Below are positions 63,576 through 64,000 of a stretch of 64,000 nt of DNA, piece by piece. The notes beneath the pieces were generated by a model. That model saw only the letters and a list, made by a program, of their open reading frames with translations. It had not been told where the DNA came from and searched no databases. Each line of letters begins with the position of its first letter. Within the stretch, counting starts at the first letter, position 1. Source of the stretch: Pristiophorus japonicus (Eukaryota); the NCBI RefSeq assembly GCF_044704955.1, contig NC_091984.1, forward strand, positions 204,166,001 through 204,230,000, in the 5' to 3' direction. The position numbers were made by a program, and so were the translations under genes.

Positions 63576-64000
63576 ATCATCATAGGCGGTCCCTCGAAAC
63601 GAGGATGACTTGCTTCCACGCCAAAAAAGGACGAGTTCACAGGTGTTTCAATGAAGGACTCGAATTACATCCTGAAGGGTGGAAGATGCCTGTGCGTGGA
63701 TTTTTTTTAACTTGGGGTGACCGTTGCATACCAGCCACCACACGGGCTTGACAGAGCTAGGTCTTGGTCCAGTGGCAAGGATTACCCAAGACGACTGGAA
63801 ACCAGCTCTGCTGCACGGACCTAGTGCGCGCACATATCGCAGTGTAGGCTGGCCCGTGCTGCCCTTGGGCCCATGGCCCCGAACTCATGTCTCCCCTGGG
63901 CCCCGATCATGTCCCTTTACAATCTCTCGCCGCTCCTTCGCCCTGATCTTGCCACACCTGCTGTATCTGCCCATGCTCCAATCACCGACCTGGATCTTGA
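63576..64000 (-). mobile_element. RTE-tailed non-autonomous element (runs off the window)
   Basis: Shares about 45 nt of 3' tail with the RTE at 62439 but has a different, non-coding body. Confidence 0.85.

Overview
This is vertebrate genomic DNA, most likely from a shark or other elasmobranch, judged from the CR1/L2/DeuSINE/Harbinger/Tx1 repeat set. It is not prokaryotic. One complete 14-exon gene lies on the + strand: ZCCHC8, the NEXT-complex scaffold (CDS 1721-23275, 727 aa when I splice it by hand). It has an AT-AC minor-spliceosome intron 1 and a probable degenerate U12 GT-AG intron 6. A CpG-rich promoter and non-coding first exon at about 41.8-42.1 kb probably belong to the next gene (CLIP1, by synteny only). 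The rest is mostly nested mobile DNA, plus a 200-N assembly gap. Five observations stand out. (1) A CR1 copy at 55549-55939 carries dense strand-specific A-to-G changes, the signature of ADAR hyper-edited RNA reverse-transcribed into the genome. (2) A TSD-flanked insertion at 52358-53884 fuses a tRNA-Gly(TCC) with its 3' trailer and oligo-T to a 5'-truncated Tx1 LINE. (3) An RTE-tailed element has a twin-priming-type 5' inversion. (4) A CR1 block is chimeric and internally inverted. (5) Small fold-back inserts have 15-bp TSDs and hammerhead-like cores. All alignments and counts were done by eye, and repeat boundaries are approximate.
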